From NCBI GenBank assembly GCA_031372065.1, contig JANMKN010000170.1, positions 1 through 18,009 of the forward strand: a stretch of DNA of 18,009 bases, given 5' to 3'. The stretch is from Abditibacteriaceae bacterium (GTDB lineage: Bacteria > Armatimonadota > Abditibacteriia > Abditibacteriales > Abditibacteriaceae). Shown here one piece after another: positions 16,281 to 18,009 of the stretch. Position numbers and translations under genes: made by a program. Numbering within the stretch: the first letter of the stretch is position 1; each line of letters begins with the position of its first letter. Below the pieces are notes generated by a model. The model saw only the letters and a program-made list of their open reading frames with translations, was not told where the DNA came from and did not search any database.

Positions 16281-17738
16281 ATGGCAGATGCAAAGTCGGT
16301 CATAAAAATGGCCCAGGAAGCCGGGGCAGAATTCATTGATGTCAAATTCACTGGATTACTCGGCGATATGCAACACCTGACGTATCCCGTAGAAGCGCAG
16401 TTAAACGAAGACTTTTTCACCGATGGCGTGGGTTTCGACGGCTCCAGCGTGCGCGGCTTTCAAACCATTGACAAGTCCGATATGCTGCTCATGCCCGATC
16501 CCGAATCGGCTTTCATGGACCCGGCCTACGACACCCCGACCCTGTCGGTTTTCGCCAACATTCTTGACCCGCTGACGATGGAGCCGTATTCGCGCGACCC
16601 GCGCTACATCGTCGCCAAGGCCGTCGAATACATGAAATCCACTGGCATCGCCGACGCCGCGTTTTTCGGCCCCGAAGCGGAATTCGTCCTCTTCAACGGC
16701 GTGTCTTACGGCGGACAACGCGCCGCTGGCGGCGGTGACGGCCATTATGCCCACTATAAAGTCGAATCCATCGAAGGCGATTGGCACAATCAGGATGGCG
16801 TTTACGATTCCGACACGATGGAATGGAACAGTGGCCGTCGTCCGCGCAACAAGGGCGGCTATGTGCCGGTGCCTCCCACCGACAGCCTAACCGAAGTGCG
16901 CAACGACATCGTGCGTCATCTGCAAGCCGCCGGCATCAAAGTGGACGTTCATCACCACGAAGTCGCGACCGGCGGACAATGCGAAATCGGCATCACGCTG
17001 AATGAAATTCGCAAAATGTGCGACACGATGCAGATTCACAAATACCTTGTGAAAAACGTCGCTCAGAAGCACGGTTTGACCGCCACCTTCATGCCCAAGC
17101 CGATTTTCGGCGACAACGGAACGGGTATGCACTGCCATCAATCCATCTGGAAAGACGGCCAAACCCTGATGTTCGACGAGAACGGCTACGCCCAACTCTC
17201 CGACTTGGCGCGTTGGTATATCGGCGGCATTTTGAAGCACGCGCCTGCTCTGCTCGCTTTCACCAACCCATCCACCAACTCCTATCATCGCTTGGTGCCC
17301 GGTTACGAGGCGCCGATTTATTTGTTGTATTCGCAGCGCAACCGCTCGGCTGCGGTGCGTATTCCGCTTTACAGCAAGTCGCCCAAAAGCAAGCGCATCG
17401 AATTCCGCACGCCGGATGTGACAGGCAACATTTACCTATCGCTGACCGCGCAATTGATGGCCGGTTTGGATGGCATCAAGAACAAAATTGATCCGGGCGA
17501 CCCGTTCGACAAAGACCTTTACGAATTGGAGCCGGAAGAACAGGAAGGCATTCCGACTGTTCCCGGCAGCCTCGAAGAAGTGCTGGATGCTTTGGAAGCC
17601 GACAACGATTTCTTGAAAGCCGGTGGCGTTTTCACCGACGACCTCATCGAAATGTATATCAGCCTCAAGCGTCAAGACGTAGACGCCCTGCGCCTGCGCC
17701 CGCATCCCTACGAGTTCAACTTGTATTTCGACGTGTAA
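16281..17738 (+). CDS. glnA: Glutamine synthetase type I (GSI-beta)
   Basis: FDGSS, GPEAEF, HHHEVA, ATFMPKP, NGTGMHCHQS, RLVPGYEAP, NRSAAVRIP, RIEFR and the adenylylation motif DKDLYEL; AAGGAG RBS. Confidence 0.98.
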   Translation: MADAKSVIKMAQEAGAEFIDVKFTGLLGDMQHLTYPVEAQLNEDFFTDGVGFDGSSVRGFQTIDKSDMLLMPDPESAFMDPAYDTPTLSVFANILDPLTMEPYSRDPRYIVAKAVEYMKSTGIADAAFFGPEAEFVLFNGVSYGGQRAAGGGDGHYAHYKVESIEGDWHNQDGVYDSDTMEWNSGRRPRNKGGYVPVPPTDSLTEVRNDIVRHLQAAGIKVDVHHHEVATGGQCEIGITLNEIRKMCDTMQIHKYLVKNVAQKHGLTATFMPKPIFGDNGTGMHCHQSIWKDGQTLMFDENGYAQLSDLARWYIGGILKHAPALLAFTNPSTNSYHRLVPGYEAPIYLLYSQRNRSAAVRIPLYSKSPKSKRIEFRTPDVTGNIYLSLTAQLMAGLDGIKNKIDPGDPFDKDLYELEPEEQEGIPTVPGSLEEVLDALEADNDFLKAGGVFTDDLIEMYISLKRQDVDALRLRPHPYEFNLYFDV

Positions 17739-17754
17739 AACCAAATTCTCTCCG

Positions 17755-17791
17755 AAAAAGCCTCGTTTCTCTCCAGAAACGGGGCTTTTTT
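17755..17791 (+). terminator. Intrinsic terminator of glnA
   Basis: AAAAAGCCTCGTTTCT-CTCC-AGAAACGGGGCTTTTTT. Confidence 0.9.
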
Positions 17792-17872
17792 GGCGATAAG
17801 TGCCGTAATTCTCTCGGTAACTGCTTCAATTCTTGGAAGGACTAAGATAGTTGTAAAGAACGGAGCAAAACT

Positions 17873-18009
17873 GGTTCTGGCGCACTTTTGGTGATTGGCG
17901 GATAGGTTCCTTTCACTGCGCCCGAAGGGCATCATTTCTCTGCTAACCAACTATGCGTTTGCCAGCACACGCAAGCGCAGCAGGTCAAAGTTAGCGCGGC
18001 CATACATCT
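17873..18009 (-). mobile_element. Right end of an ISL3-family insertion sequence (truncated by window)
   Basis: Terminal GGTTCTGGCGCACTTTTGGTGA is typical of ISL3 inverted repeats and lies about 78 bp beyond a transposase stop codon. Confidence 0.75.
17951..18009 (-). CDS. ISL3-family transposase, C-terminal fragment (partial)
   Basis: Minus strand reads MYGRANFDLLRLRVLANA*, matching the ISL3 C-terminal KRxMYGRAxFDLLRxRVL motif. Confidence 0.8.
   Translation of the reverse strand, partial: MYGRANFDLLRLRVLANA

Noticed and set aside
16710..16745. Gly-rich loop GGQRAAGGGDGH in glutamine synthetase
   Set aside because: Short indel in a variable loop; no intein or domain features.
17708..17950. 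80-aa minus-strand ORF
   Set aside because: Crosses the IS end, the glnA terminator and the glnA 3' end; no recognisable protein features.

Overview
Bacterial chromosomal window of roughly 50-55% GC by eye. The prepilin/DUF1559 signature ([12 protein letters not shown]...H-X9-DG) suggests an Abditibacteriota/Armatimonadota-like organism (inference). Genes in order: DUF1003 protein, cold-shock protein with a long repeat-containing leader, lipoprotein, GT2, secreted carboxypeptidase-regulatory-like repeat protein, Tat-lipoprotein phosphodiesterase, DUF1559 prepilin-like protein, SDR, hybrid histidine kinase with an ETR1-type (ethylene-receptor-like) Cu-binding membrane domain, Ser/Thr kinase with a zinc-ribbon insert, GT4, an OmpR-family regulator, then a GlnR-like regulator-glnB-glnA nitrogen locus, and the right end of an ISL3 element at the window edge. 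Intergenic DNA is rich in structure: two degenerate 21-bp tandem arrays with a shared phasing signature, two ~250-bp MITE/REPIN-like elements flanking one array, inverted 7- and 8-mer microrepeat arrays, a GlnR-box-like triple site and a structured glnB leader. The best leads are the compact ethylene-receptor-like kinase, the actinobacterial-style GlnR circuit in an apparently non-actinobacterial genome, and the MITE-array-MITE unit. All calls are by eye; no searches were run.
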